Of a stretch of 64,000 bases of DNA, positions 46,601 to 51,500 are shown piece by piece. The DNA is from a virus: the IMG/VR virus record IMGVR_UViG_3300020445_001256, positions 23,448 through 87,447 of that record, one strand, 5' to 3'. A program made the position numbers and the translations under genes. Within the stretch, counting starts at the first letter, position 1; each line of letters opens with the position of its first letter. The notes under the pieces are model-generated. The model had not been told where the DNA came from. It saw only the letters and a list, made by a program, of their open reading frames with translations, and ran no database searches.

Positions 46601-47260
46601 CGTCAGTCATTCAACCTCAAGCGTAATGAAGTGTTCTACTCATTGACTCTAACTGAAGGTGTTCAGTCCAGTACAATTCTTCCAGAAAATAATATCATTT
46701 GTTCTCTTAATGGTGTTATTCAGGAACCAGGCGTAGGTTTCGAGATCGTTGGTTCTAGAATCATCTTCTCTGAGATTCCTCGTGTAGGATCAACATTCGT
46801 AGCATTCTCCTACGTTGGTTCTGAGGCAGACGTTGATGCTGCTGAAGTTGTTCCACCTATCGAACCTGGTGACTTTATTGACATCCAAGGTGAGACTTCA
46901 GACAGAGAAGTTGCTGTTATTGAATCTTCAAACTCTCTAATCACTTATGATTACTTGGGTTCTGTATTCGGTAAAGACGCACAAGGTCAAGCAAATATTA
47001 CTTCAGGAACTATTGATACTGTTCAGGTTACATCAGGTGGATCTGGTTATACAACTAGACCAACTGTCAGACTTGATTCTATATCTGGTTTTGATGGTAA
47101 CGTTAAGGCACTAGTCGGTGTTGCTGGTGTTGAGATTAATAATACTGGTTCAGGATATCAAACTCCTAACGTTGCAGTTGAAACTGTAGTGGATGATAAT
47201 TGGACTGCACCTGATCTTTCACTATACGGTGAAGAAGAGGTAGACCCCGAAACCCCATAA
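22616..47260 (+). CDS. gp7: giant 8214-aa baseplate wedge initiator gp7-like structural protein with many inserted domains
   Basis: Follows gp6. gp7-like motifs: PEFV..DYPLF..FLEYYY, IKDFYSSKGT...LFKLLYG, IQDSYYYQDFSY...VHPASFKVFG. Also GxGY repeats, YHYH, propeller-like, two LamG-like, helical and YPR repeats. Confidence 0.85.
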   Translation: MTSINKVSQAVNRQTPEFVEQDYPLFNKFLEYYYQSQEKTGLGQNILNNFLGYLDIDKLDISILDGATKVVESISATDDIIIVESVDQFLENDGSVLIGDEVIYYEKAQAGPNIALSPGVSYDQVKLKWINLASPLMSFDGSRQSFPLTSQDNPIAPPSVQHLIVSNYGKVLIPGTDYSVEGTNIIFTTAPRTRIPADDASSTYITYLNGFNENTIVALDNLSGSFGESKRQFTITRSGARYEPIADEYVLAIYDNRLLTPKVDFFIDGDQFIFLTAPLNGRFLSLFSIEAPIPSFGAGAVGYARISDTGTLTGISISKNGTGYKSEYPPKISINTENGSGASASALVNGLKSIALLEGGQGYSSTNPPVVQVQAPTAVGATAATVSATVTNGAVSALTITNSGSGYTFTPRITFRQPGGAVLGTPTVVNGQITAVSITSSGFGYTTVPTVYIDEPTGTNPIKAAFQAVLSSDGEITSINILNAGQGYTSTPRMAVIDPVGAQVLETTVDNQGRVTNIELLSGGVGYSDVPSVYIVDNRTDATGAYAGGTGAIATASIFNGQITDINISAFGGGYSQSAPPVVVIQAPPAAEASAEIGLNEVTGFTVNQAGSGYQKAQLTGCARAASSITSYTESGNAIFTNNTIASAHAVDEPIKCLDALFVKRLLDKYTEQYLPDVPTLDYSKIDVRTAIKTIKDFYSSKGTSYSIGYLFKLLYGETVSISYPKDQIIKPSAATWSIDTILRATLVSGDPTDIQDGLLTQEADIADLNVKEASALVENYISIRTSQVTIYELVLSEETIAGTFIVPYKTKLAEPLNKTESIITVDSTIGWPERNGEFIIGSSTDTREIVQYKEKSLNQFIECTRSVNGVVEDWDSATEVKSNFNVYINKGTPQEVVMNIVGIVDAQQTTLTDTGSYYLPGDKLTVSKLGGTGTTPELTTWLYNVKKLIEVTSVAFGGINNQSATITCKNDHGLLVGDQVTIYGANPILYNGTFLVTSRDSDTVFQYALPQPATVIPQGNILVSIDLNKGKSTSTAINNAISPYTTNVQNSFFNDNYVYLASTGIPNYNIGPFPGSALLPGNQRKLTRFPKIPTTISTKDLIGAGPIGTWVNGVSVWSYKSSLTKTFGAITSIGITNAGSGYDAASPPAITISGGGGSGATASVVVDGAISEVTVTTGGSDYTSSPLVSIVGGGGSGAAATAIITKGVVSRILINSGGTGYTSQPQITIVGGGGSGAAATASVRGPIKTINVASGGSAYTSKPSVTLSSGSGAVAQAIVQNGRIISIAIISAGSGYTTAPEITIQGDGFGAVARATIDVDGENAGRVTNIEIINRGIGYLQGTTIINLDSVGSSALFSANVFEWTYNLQSTATLDSAKGGVFEGYNNQYGGEYAHLSNPQTLRYILGDNLYESNTGTILEKEDSVVHSPIIGWAFDGNPIYGPYGYSDPTDQGSVITRLSTSYRVKPALIYDAATNPYPVRTDGPLLTDTDSNGTLLYPYGSFVEDYEYVFGLGDLDQYNGRFCKTPDYPTGRYCYFVTIDNTTAGNPEFPYVLGPSFNSVVDKWNLSTSAVQQNIPTGVVRYRDPYENVDIDVSRAPNVSTNALTTESGDIILFEVEDEDRSGVIDQIETDDPDQMFEESPLQLFDYFPKVTFDSKVDIEVETITKFEDASVNGFTIENPGINYQVNDRLEFDNTGTDGTGVSARVSRIKGEAVESYSFENISGENFGVLKTTEPHNLVIGDSVFVTYNPIMNNTNKTFTVRQFKGIEEIVINQTGSGYNSDIPPTITIDSATGSGGELQAVVTSVGAIETVNIINSGSGYTTNPRVILSHPQVFKKADYYVSKIDNNNYVKVNDVVINENKEIFICGKTKDTNGNEIGFVSKLSATGVKEWEKNLELTGGGQYCEFQKLYVDGNDVWVVGNNRPNSNLLDSYNPDIILAKYTQASNGLSATLGFQKGYAGISGSTRSDSVTAITKLSDTRFVIGGYTNTNSTNPFDAYIALIDTTGNFALKRKVAGTTTSEKITGLVVNAGNVYFSVESAASPNATAIDLGLGKATIGTSAITIDYVKTYSNTSYSFLDSSICIDEFNEIYLTATCRLKANNTTKNSFWVGKTDIDGNLIWNYRYQIPNESGTEYAIQAVSKTAIDVFGDLNVGVTLTSGINGLKTARSFKIGYSGNLKEHSSNLFNLNNVEGVTINSLDVDNSGDVHLYGQSSWNRNEFLLPFTGGATTDTTGHYTPTIVTTGGSLSYENTVQGGYAKILGSQLASPTVWENAYIKFPAADLGTKLADDWTIEFFLYRDSSNSNVFSQNEETLISIGDATVTTGGLWLYFEISTGKIGLAVTNNTTALNAGSAQLSTATTIYATNTWQTIGLKKEGNIFTVYSNGIQVIQSTVPDTSLGSKDLVIGNISGRSGTLNNWRSNEQGQYHVDNLRLRNRAVTPTVPSDIGVLPLAGAFSIGYNWEDDAWFTTNLNKFDYIDYTGIGIKVDKNADAARVGTYTERTNTKLGFIRADEIGTTITPTSLTVVTTGFALADAGFQGLDFDDATITMAQDTETMTYTQDVWSSRTATVPSPGSQKLSVSAVVKDKYYFKVTNTIKIDNVQELTLNQAFNFTTGTKLRLNNNAGTFVNSGYIIRQDTTNNKIYLAINNNAWSNDLNTGNLVTEQFSEQSTYGIVGPIPADVNEIVGYTFAQVNNTTPGTFDIDLDDYNLSGTGYNAGGGQDLDSYAKFKPYSDNDYSVRIDEVTTGSPYIVGSVINITDSNISYNAAYSTAQITGLTAVTKITLVANLTKILQVSAVSNSDEVYVITGTSHYLSAGEMIYVDGNPTENSLDEYDGAFAVNSVVSPLEFTYKLKQVATTSPATSAGSVNIFVKSPVLKMYYGHQYIFDMSHSSLLGGNLSFSKDNLYKLEYSFNSIERTGTPGVSGEGVPTPIVKLKVDDNILTNISYYFDPSRIGADSPINPSSYLDVTNSPYKGTFSISSVAGATITRGADTFKFPLLDEPEGDAEVSQTTYSTSSVKAVGSISDVRIVNSGGFYTRLPIVSSITSTRQIERVAIEDPGTEYANGVYNAVPIAGNGEGGLVEITVADGLDSEGVTIPGQIQAVTVTSPGKNYTTASIDIEAIPGILGAGLTGSGAKLTVVIPNAGTQASIFTKADKVGKIKKLKNNNFGYDYPHDYTLRPEISFPINAQLTSTSILSSITVTNPGSGYSQAPAVVITGGGGSGATAESSIKNGRLDIIIVKDPGAGYSSTPTVSLKSSFNYVVNLDLGLLQFAFPHGITNGAAVTLNVVDTGDGADFPLAAGAVGRLNGTTTYYAISGAANSLENDQLKLALTAANAELGDALSFVNAGEGRQQVLTESFGGSATANVITSTFLEGELVYQGDSLDTATATGYVSTNQGWQIGPRILKIVDYTGTFAETQKVTGVISKSSGTISDLNIARGVLEIGSITKTTGQFIDDVGKPSEIIQKIQDSYYYQDFSYAIKSAVSISEWKEILIKNVHPASFKVFGELNLSDYGFIPNKDTDFQLTKSVELAREAIVPNIQSFALVEPIYSEFNNTEVLFRQKRLTSSENILTSVVQRIDDISGQFDGEKIAFPLTVDGNTVVANANQLMIVLNGIVQNPGTAFEIQGDSIVFSEPPQPPASVKYVNIKISQIAIVSNTFTNQSGIFPSPGNVLTGTNSGAKLTVTSVVGDTIFGFITEGTFIAAENVTVSATGFSANLDVQSNVSNIGLFQYGEQVKNLTNDTAKVEQINLQRGLENALAQLRYTVGPSTTSIEVVPDGSTTDGPVPAGTFTTSTSYQLGSEVVTVTNIVDGNDSTTLTVSRGQNGTVAVSHQEDFPIYGTVIAVTDELTLSKTAGTYKSTPGLFDIQLNDVIIGAKSGVVARVTQTSAYQDPTTQEFISQVNISEGSSFFGLLMNRISSTSYPNIVLDDISKSQVSVVQYTDNTTAFNSQFPANEQLNNIVVPYDNLVGGPIQENETIRNYKLKYGGNTGEFIAGEGARARKLSYINPKGDGFFAKGQVLRTQDTKAEVLGFNQADQVIYLGKVGRTKANGQDYHIPSFSNSAQLDTTVKYYGTASLQLAAATNDYVTIPSSSEFAFGTGAFTIDLMLRPAASSISGTATILDMRASAANEVAGRLYLQAGQVRWNVNNADIVTSGATALTADTWVYVSIMKSGTTTKILLNGVEAGTATDNTTYVAKPIRLGSDYAGANSLTGFIDELRVSNTNRHQTIPFTPQNGIWQGDANTKLLLHFDGADAQTWTEDWSGAEGFTAGEDFNNDAIIASTRSSNATPGGFTGNTQRYYDAADLILLNKEFLAQEVVYILKERHPHHTVKGSEVDCEDDVRDVLDAIISDLRNGTNNKIWDASSYYVDRTSSPIVLKFVSNEVDEVVYTYDKLEEMLKYIVNNTLWDVQGDHGLVQKTDSTITEASGLTTQTFQPTAAAYDAESGYMVLTASGHGMRAERGITATGASYTATTGVLQLTVATTTFSVSTATYDHTTGVMVITIGSHSLTTNDNIRIATGGITFSCNNGGVSTGAYPRANGANTESGADYAYDRWLPILAVGATTITVNVNGGKGAISHAFAHTYSTSSAGCITAGHGLNEGDRIKFDPNSLVMNCTSDGNTVNQSYPRPDDPAAQGWLEVIENTSTTFDVNVGKSPTVNYTASAGTYDADTGFLTMNIGQHNLRTSRKYTATNADYTASSGAMKITIGDNIDVHDASYVAKNGLLKLNIGHHNFKQGSLVKIAPNSLFFTCSMDDHQSVHAYPRSSDPVYNDDIEVIDITDDTITVDVGTSPEVSYTPTGATYNTSTGDMVLTIGAHSLAAGTSIRLLDESIAFSCSFGSGGTSSYPRPTVDTKNVQTASYNPQSGILSVTTTAAHNLTGPTAKNVTDATYNASTGILQLESAGHGFSLGDKIRIKDDALVFTCTKDGNATNHTYPRSTDPVSGQWLTIVAKATDTIDLQVGASKIGLNEFAHTWAGGTASNAIEKANDVIKIVDESLTFTCAMDNNGTNHLYPRSTDPISGRWLIIENVASTTFDVQVLDNAPSTNTSAHTFVTATTGAIQAKRDPAQGTALPITAVGATTITVNVTPVTSYSSTTHTFQSASQGAVKVGGDYTHKFVDAASGAIIPNHGFYTGDRIMFEEGSLVFTCGMDSDATRHAYPRESDPFYNKWLPISSVTTNTFNVNVGTTTNTQFTPTGGTYDGTTGKLGITIGAHTLEVGQHIKIATGGISFTCAMDGGTAVKAYPRATDPADGVTLPILERTDTTITVDVGQSPYVYFDVSAATYNPTSGVMVLTIGDHGLTANTSIRLKDNSLTFSCDNGGVGTGTYPRSSNDYVYQKAINIDSVTDTTITINVNGGQGAITNTNAHTFVSALPGAVIAGGAWAHTYSTAASNAISVGGNYTHNFKSATPGGIVRAGETIRIAKDGISFKCSQDGYQTIHSYPRTDDPGYNTSLPIYNDGTSYTASNAAYNASTGEMVITINSHGFTTSDQIRIENNSLTFTCVKDSNTSIHSYPRDNDPYVRRWLRVSAVTENTFTVNVGKASSSTQQYAHTFASAAKNGITKRDNTVTVNVGATPTKSFTPTASTYNPSTGALALTIGSHSLPAPTTHTPTDVAYNPTTGIMTLTINGHNFSNGEKVKIADGGLKLSCAFGGASGGAAQKDYPRSTDPISGKWIPISGVTTNTFDVQVLDVIPSTNTDTHSFVSAVTGCVSKANSTVKIAENSLVYKCAEDSNATEHAYPRSNVATHTAGPGTNYNPVTGVLKLSVPTESHTPSTATYNPTTGDMVLTLDSTSGTFNVSNATYNTSTGDMVLTIGSHSLTTSNRIKLKEGSLKFACNFANDNYQTAKAYPRASGANTTNGADYAYNTFLPITAADATTITVNVNGGQGAISNNNQHNFLTADAGAVIVGHGLEVGDRIKIADESLTFSCDNGGVGNGSYPRSSNDYVYRKWIRIRAVTGTTITVNVNGGQGAITNTNAHTFVSATANCITSGHGMTNGSPIKIADSSLSFSCTEGSGGTYAYPRATDPVSKRWLFINNVTDSSFDVNVLDTIPSTNVTTHTWISAVANGIIEGDPIVGQAVPVESVTSTTITINPLDGDVPTNTSAHTFEKLNTYQFQPSAITYTPSTGVMSVTSTAHKIEENDKIFIKDNSLSFKCNMGDDAGIHTYPRESDPVSNKWITATNVTANTFDVNVGATPNIFFTPSDATYNPTTGIMSLTIGNHDLRPGSSVKLSQESLTFKCAHDSYATNHSYPRNTILTHTPTDADYHPDTGIMTLTVNNHKMGDGDWVKIADGAVTFKCTYGAGVHTWTGGTATGAVQVQEAGLGNFDVTGADYNALTGDMVLTVGSHSITTGNTVKIVANSLTFSCDLDANATNHTYPRATDPAYDTALAISAVSGTTITVNVGVSSPGTAYPRASDPVSGKWIKVSNTTTNTFDVQLLDIVPSTNTSIHTFVSAVTNGISQKKDSAYDSPIEIVDTTATTIDLKVVKKLPSTNTTNHIFVSAASNAVISGGSYTHTFVTADPDAITRSIVHTGGNYNHVFTSSLTDGVITGGNYVHTFVSAETNGIKCAGDSVYLTPGSLTFKCAQDNYDRPTAYPRTTDPSYNQLLEIKEVTGDTFTIDVGAAADKNQYAHTWVSSAQGAVKKSDYNLRDCTDVFTTVGNLVDILTDTLTNANATPVVDHLASVTKVTPPYKFYGATVDAFNETPFPVSYHSSANDIIVTNQIDEDTQYRFRDAAYLVRANAGVIVDKASYDMLQRYPDLAISMPRNANGTSTDGTVRCKQDLLEIVTAIATDLENGGNLQTLKAAKFYIGVNGGLQHIRLQVFQSAYAHTRLGVYLKQAITGDLTYDNTDNIIVRDWGITDNSSSGNCANVQTAIDTLITSVNDLIAPTDSDYALAADRLYFNKDFIAEEITGLTTAYFTYDLNGVNYSALTYPGSTGETTCRRDLKLILDGIISDLQTGGNESTIIAMETYLSATLQIEQVDDELAATIYAIDRLRHIGEFAIKDKVFSQNEGSGAADEYEAVHTNRAEYRDGLSATNNILNPVYHYRDLCDIAINILAPGGKAARSAVKQLKYNQNYYKEELTTLVNSQFGAGSWTYNTFIDEMVGNTVHDIITTDFNKTRIAYTIQLSNTFNEYVAGETIVSSNNGKATVLEWNSDEEILYVSSWTGNKFEPTQILIGADSNAYGTVAANGVSAPYTWYTEPANLKAINSARLITSNIAGQIAGTNIASNSENFTTGWTNTGTSVSADQLDSPDSTATADKIIATAVAGEHFIHQNFSISAFETFDSDAVKFDNTNETFDTGAVGTAQSQQYTFSVFLKKGEFNRVRVQMGLDTGAAGEQLAFFDLNLTDGTFGGIFTPGNGITIDAFGTIPYGNGWYRAYITGTFSFGFGEIRPLIYVRDAAGNAQYTGDGSSGVYVWGMKLFKGILDPYQSAAGQVFYADTEYNIKTYALDLLQDYMIKALTGSLISPSTNSGFYSYFDNTLDTDYKYRSIERLVRYNLNIIREQLTVDSYYTTLTTTNGVSIPTKTYGTRSIPAGITGGLQNSIYVYGLQSDANAEIEEISENSGKVVQVYQRFRIDGDITDGPFTMNEVVAKLGNNSITGVVYGYHFDENYKYLDVKVTAGPWAVTDQVVGATNSTTAQISAIEDRLHIIDVKGQFENDIPFKGYASSATASPTGYIKAEASITDNTGGTLTVDTESLTGTFEATSVVYPSSSRQYIDVSKYAGLDITVGDRIASGGYKRFGISVLSGLNSFTQGNRLYKVVSGIQDPLTYGIITEVDLDNSYIYVAEYQGTFTQGDVIGDYGTNASFPIGYATILTIVTTQGAAAGLVQDIRDIALNKRIYLTDVAGTFDDKDFIIGPDAYRSVVLGITEIKARVKRSFKGFDGTTTTFPLTINTGTSYLPDPAGHMLIFLNGILQPPGATNAYTAFSNQIQFTEAPELGASFTGFYVGKLRQLDDISFEFDSLRQSFNLKRNEVFYSLTLTEGVQSSTILPENNIICSLNGVIQEPGVGFEIVGSRIIFSEIPRVGSTFVAFSYVGSEADVDAAEVVPPIEPGDFIDIQGETSDREVAVIESSNSLITYDYLGSVFGKDAQGQANITSGTIDTVQVTSGGSGYTTRPTVRLDSISGFDGNVKALVGVAGVEINNTGSGYQTPNVAVETVVDDNWTAPDLSLYGEEEVDPETP
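35939..42613 (+). repeat. 21 recursively nested ~106-aa YPR-domain repeats within the giant CDS
   Basis: 21 YPR motifs; segments A(Y..TG.M.LT), B(H.L), C(SL.F.C..YPR), D(DP..TITVNVG) and E(HTF.SA) parse as balanced nested insertions. Confidence 0.9.
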
Positions 47261-47263
47261 ATA
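47257..47263 (+). promoter_or_regulatory. T4-type late promoter
   Basis: ATAAATA overlapping the gp7 stop. Confidence 0.65.
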
Positions 47264-47285
47264 ACTAAAAAAATAGTAGTGAGTA

Positions 47286-48512
47286 ATGGCTAAACAACTA
47301 TTAAGTCTTGGTACTAATGCTAACGACAACACGGGGGATACTCTCCGTGCTGGCGGTGATAAAGTTAATGACAATTTCAATGAACTATATACTGCTCTAG
47401 GTAATGGTACAGATTTAACCATTAGTCTCGCTTCTGCAGGTAGTGGTCAGGTATTACGTTATAATGGAACAAACTTTGTTGCTTCCGATTATTTAAATCT
47501 AACATCTGCTTTAGATGTTAATAGTAACTCAATCATATCATCTTCCAATGGTAATATTAATATTGCTCCTAATGGAACTGGTAATGTAACTATTGGTAAT
47601 GGTAGTATTACTAATACCTTTAACGGAACTGATGGAACGATTGATTTTCCAACTAAAGTAAAATATAAAAATGAATTCAGCACACTTGCTGGTGCTCCTG
47701 CTGCTGCAACATACACAGGATATTTCTTTACAGTTGATGGTGATGACAACCCATATGTAAACATTAATATTACTGCTGGTGGTGCTGGTGATGTGCAAGC
47801 AAAAGTTTTAACACAGTATTCTAGTGTTGATCTTTTAAAAGATATTGATATTACTACTGCAGCACCTACTGAGGGACAAGTTCTAAAGTGGAGTGTTAGT
47901 GGAGGTAAATTTGTTCCTGGTGATGATGCTGCTGGTGCTAGTCAACAAAACCTATGGGCAACTGTTGGTGGTGATACTGGTACAACAAGTGCTAATACTA
48001 CAACAGATACATTAACCATTGCTGGTGGAACTAATATTGCAACAGCAGTATCTGGTGATACACTCACAGTAAACTTTGATGGTACACTTGTTACAACATT
48101 AGCATCTTTAACGGACGTTGATGTTTCTAGTGTTGTTCAAGGTGATTCTTTATTTTGGAATGGAACAAATTGGACTAAAACAAGAAGTCCTATTACATGG
48201 TGGGAGTTAGGTTCTAACGGAAGCACAGACTATACTTTTGATGGACCTGGATTTGCTTCTGCAACTAATGACCCAACTCTTTATGTGCATAGAGGTTTTA
48301 CCTATGCTTTTGATAATACTACAATGGGTGGTGCTCATCCATTTAGAGTACAGAGCACACAGGGTTTAACTGGAACTCCATATACTGCTGGTCAATCTGG
48401 TAGTGGAACTAGTGTTCTCTATTGGACTGTTCCTATGGATGCTCCAACAACACTGTATTATCAGTGTACACTCCATGCATCAATGCAAGGACAAATTAAC
48501 GTTGTAAGTTGA
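47286..48512 (+). CDS. gp9/gp10-like baseplate-fibre connector with a C-terminal cupredoxin-like domain
   Basis: MAKQ...G...ND.TGDTLR.GG.K.N.NF.ELY N-terminus; HPF...LYYQCTLHASMQG C-terminus. Confidence 0.75.
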   Translation: MAKQLLSLGTNANDNTGDTLRAGGDKVNDNFNELYTALGNGTDLTISLASAGSGQVLRYNGTNFVASDYLNLTSALDVNSNSIISSSNGNINIAPNGTGNVTIGNGSITNTFNGTDGTIDFPTKVKYKNEFSTLAGAPAAATYTGYFFTVDGDDNPYVNINITAGGAGDVQAKVLTQYSSVDLLKDIDITTAAPTEGQVLKWSVSGGKFVPGDDAAGASQQNLWATVGGDTGTTSANTTTDTLTIAGGTNIATAVSGDTLTVNFDGTLVTTLASLTDVDVSSVVQGDSLFWNGTNWTKTRSPITWWELGSNGSTDYTFDGPGFASATNDPTLYVHRGFTYAFDNTTMGGAHPFRVQSTQGLTGTPYTAGQSGSGTSVLYWTVPMDAPTTLYYQCTLHASMQGQINVVS

Positions 48513-48517
48513 TATAA

Positions 48518-51500
48518 ATGGCAAGAACTGTTCCTGGATCTGGTGCTGTAATTAACCCAATTTTCGATGAGACTTTTGGTGTTCGTGCAGTAGAAGTATT
48601 AAAAGGGGGATCTGGATACTCGGTATCCGACCCACCTAAACTTTCTGTGACTGGATGTGGAACTCCAGATGTAGAGGCATTATTATATCCAATTATCGAT
48701 TCTGATTCAGGAAAGATTATACATGTTAGGGTTCTGAATAGAGGTAGTGGATATGATCCTTTACGTTTACAAATTATCCCACAAGGAGAAACTCCTAATG
48801 TTGTAACATCATTTGATTTCAATAGAATATGGCAAACGCATCCTAACTCTACAACTACTGGTGCTTTTTCAGGAACTACTGATAGATTATTAATTGCATC
48901 AGACAATCATCCAAAACCTACTTGGACTCAAGCAGAGGCAGCACCAGGTGGTGGTCCTTTAGTTGATAGAACATTTAATCAAACCTTTGTTTTTAGAGGT
49001 GGTAAAGACGTTCCTAATAATGGTACTAGAGAAAATCAACAAGATAAGGTTGTAGGTATTTTAGCAAATGGTGGATTACTTCATACTCCTGAATGGGGTC
49101 CAGATGGTAATGCTCCTCCAGGACATTCTATTGATGCAGTTAAAAATAATTACGTTAAATCTAATGATGCATATGATGTTGTTACTGAAAACAATATCAA
49201 ATATTATCATTCAAACAAACTTATTAATGAATGGGAATTAAAAAATGGTGTATTTGATTGGGGATTATTAAGACCATTTACTTGGAATATTAAAGTTGAA
49301 TACGATAATATCATGTTGCAAGTTACTGATGTTGATGAAACATTAGGAACTATTACTGTTGGTAGATTAGTTGATGAAATTGCTGGAAATGCTAGAGGTG
49401 AAATTGCTAAAGTTGTTAGAAATAATCAAAACGTAGTTACTAGAATATATCTAAGAGACCTTTCTACATCTGCATCATTCTCTCAAGGTGACGGGTGTTT
49501 AGGATCTAACGGGTTTAATTTTAAAATTCAAGAAGTTCCTTTAGCATTTCCAACTGGGGTATTCTATATTGATTTTGGTACAGAAGCAAGTGAGTTTGGT
49601 TCATTTACTCCAGGAACCTATTATATGGCTCCTGAGAATATTAAAGTTCAAAGAAATTATTTGATTATTTGGAATCAATCTGATAGTTCTAATAGTCAAG
49701 GTGCTCAAGGGCATCCAATGAGATTTAGTACAACTCCAGATGGTCCTTTGAATCAAACTCCTGGTACACTTTATTATAAGAGCACTGGAGTAACAGAAGC
49801 ACCTGCGGCTGATTATGAAAATGAATATCAACCGCTATTCATTATGAATCAGGATGAATCAGCAAGAATTTATTACCATTGTGCTTACCATACACATATG
49901 TCTGGTTACACTGGTGATGAAGGATATATGATTTTTGATTCAACAGTTGATAACGATCCAAGACCAAATACTTATTATACTGATAATTTTTATCAAAGTG
50001 ATTCAAACAATCCTGCGACTATTGATCGTTCAAGACATACAGATGGACATTCTAAGATTCTTGGTATGTCATTTGATGGATATCCCATTTATGGTCCTTA
50101 TGGATATCTTTTAGGTGGTACTAGTATTATAACTACTACCCCCAGTTTAAGTTACTATGGTGGTCTTTTCTATCAGGTTGGTGATGGTTACCCAACTGTT
50201 GCTCAAACTGGATCTGGATCTGGTGCTGTTGTTAATATAACTGAAATTGGTACTTATCAGACTGGTGGAATTCAATCATTTACTATAGCTGAAGGTGGAA
50301 GTGGATATGCTGTTGGTGATAAAATTAGAATCCTTCATAAGTATGATGGAGCATTTGTATCTGGATATACGCATAGTTCTTGGAATGCTAATGGAGATAG
50401 AACTGCAGGAGTGTATGGTGAAGTTGGCACTGCGTCTGAATTCACAGTTCAAGCTTCATGGACTTCTGCTAATGGTATTGGTGGTAAACCTAAAGTTACT
50501 GTTGATGCTGATGGTTCTGTAAGTAATGTTACATTGGGTGGCAATGGACCTGAGGCGATACCTGGACCAGATGGTAATATGGGATATAATTATGTCGAAG
50601 ATGAGGTGATTACTATTCCTGGTAATTACATTGGTGGATCTTCTCCTGCAGGTGATATAGAAGTCAGAGTTGCTTGGGCTACTGATGATGATAGTGGAGT
50701 TGCTACTATTACTGCTATAGGTGCAGGGATTGGTAAAGAAACTTCAGGATATCGTTTAAAAACATCTTTGGAATTAGCTGGTAATAGACCTGCAGTTACA
50801 ACAGCAAGTACGGTAACTTATACAGTCACTTCTTCTAATGGAAAATATCTCTTCGATGGAGCTTCTCCATCATTCTTAAATCTAGAACGTGGTAAAACTT
50901 ATGTCTTTAACTTAAATAGTGCTACTAATGATAGTCAGCAATTATTGATAGGAATAAATGAAGATGGTTGGCATAGTCAAAACCCTGTTGTAATTGGAGA
51001 TACTACACAGTTATTTGGTGGACCAGGTATCACTTATACTATAGATGGTGCTACAGTATCATACACTGGTTATCTAACTGGATTTAACGGAGCAACGACA
51101 AGATCAATTACGTTCCAAGTTCCTGCAACTGCACCAGCAGCATTGTACTTGTTTGCATATACAACTGCTGATTATGGACTTAGAACTGTTCAAGATGGAT
51201 ATATTTTAGGAGATTTAATTGATGATAATATATTTGATGAATCTGTTCTTTGGGATAGTGGAACTGCTTATGTTATAGGTGAGACTGTAAAAAACTCATC
51301 TGATGTAATATACGAAGCAACTGCTGCTATTAATAGTGGAGGATCACAACCTGTTCATACTACTGGAACTACTAGTAATTGGAAGTTCCTTGGAAAGAAA
51401 GGATCTCTGGATGCTTATAATGGTAAATTCGCAGTAACCCCAGAATATCCTAATGGAACATATGCTTATTATATGATTGAGGATAGTAGTGGTAATCCTG

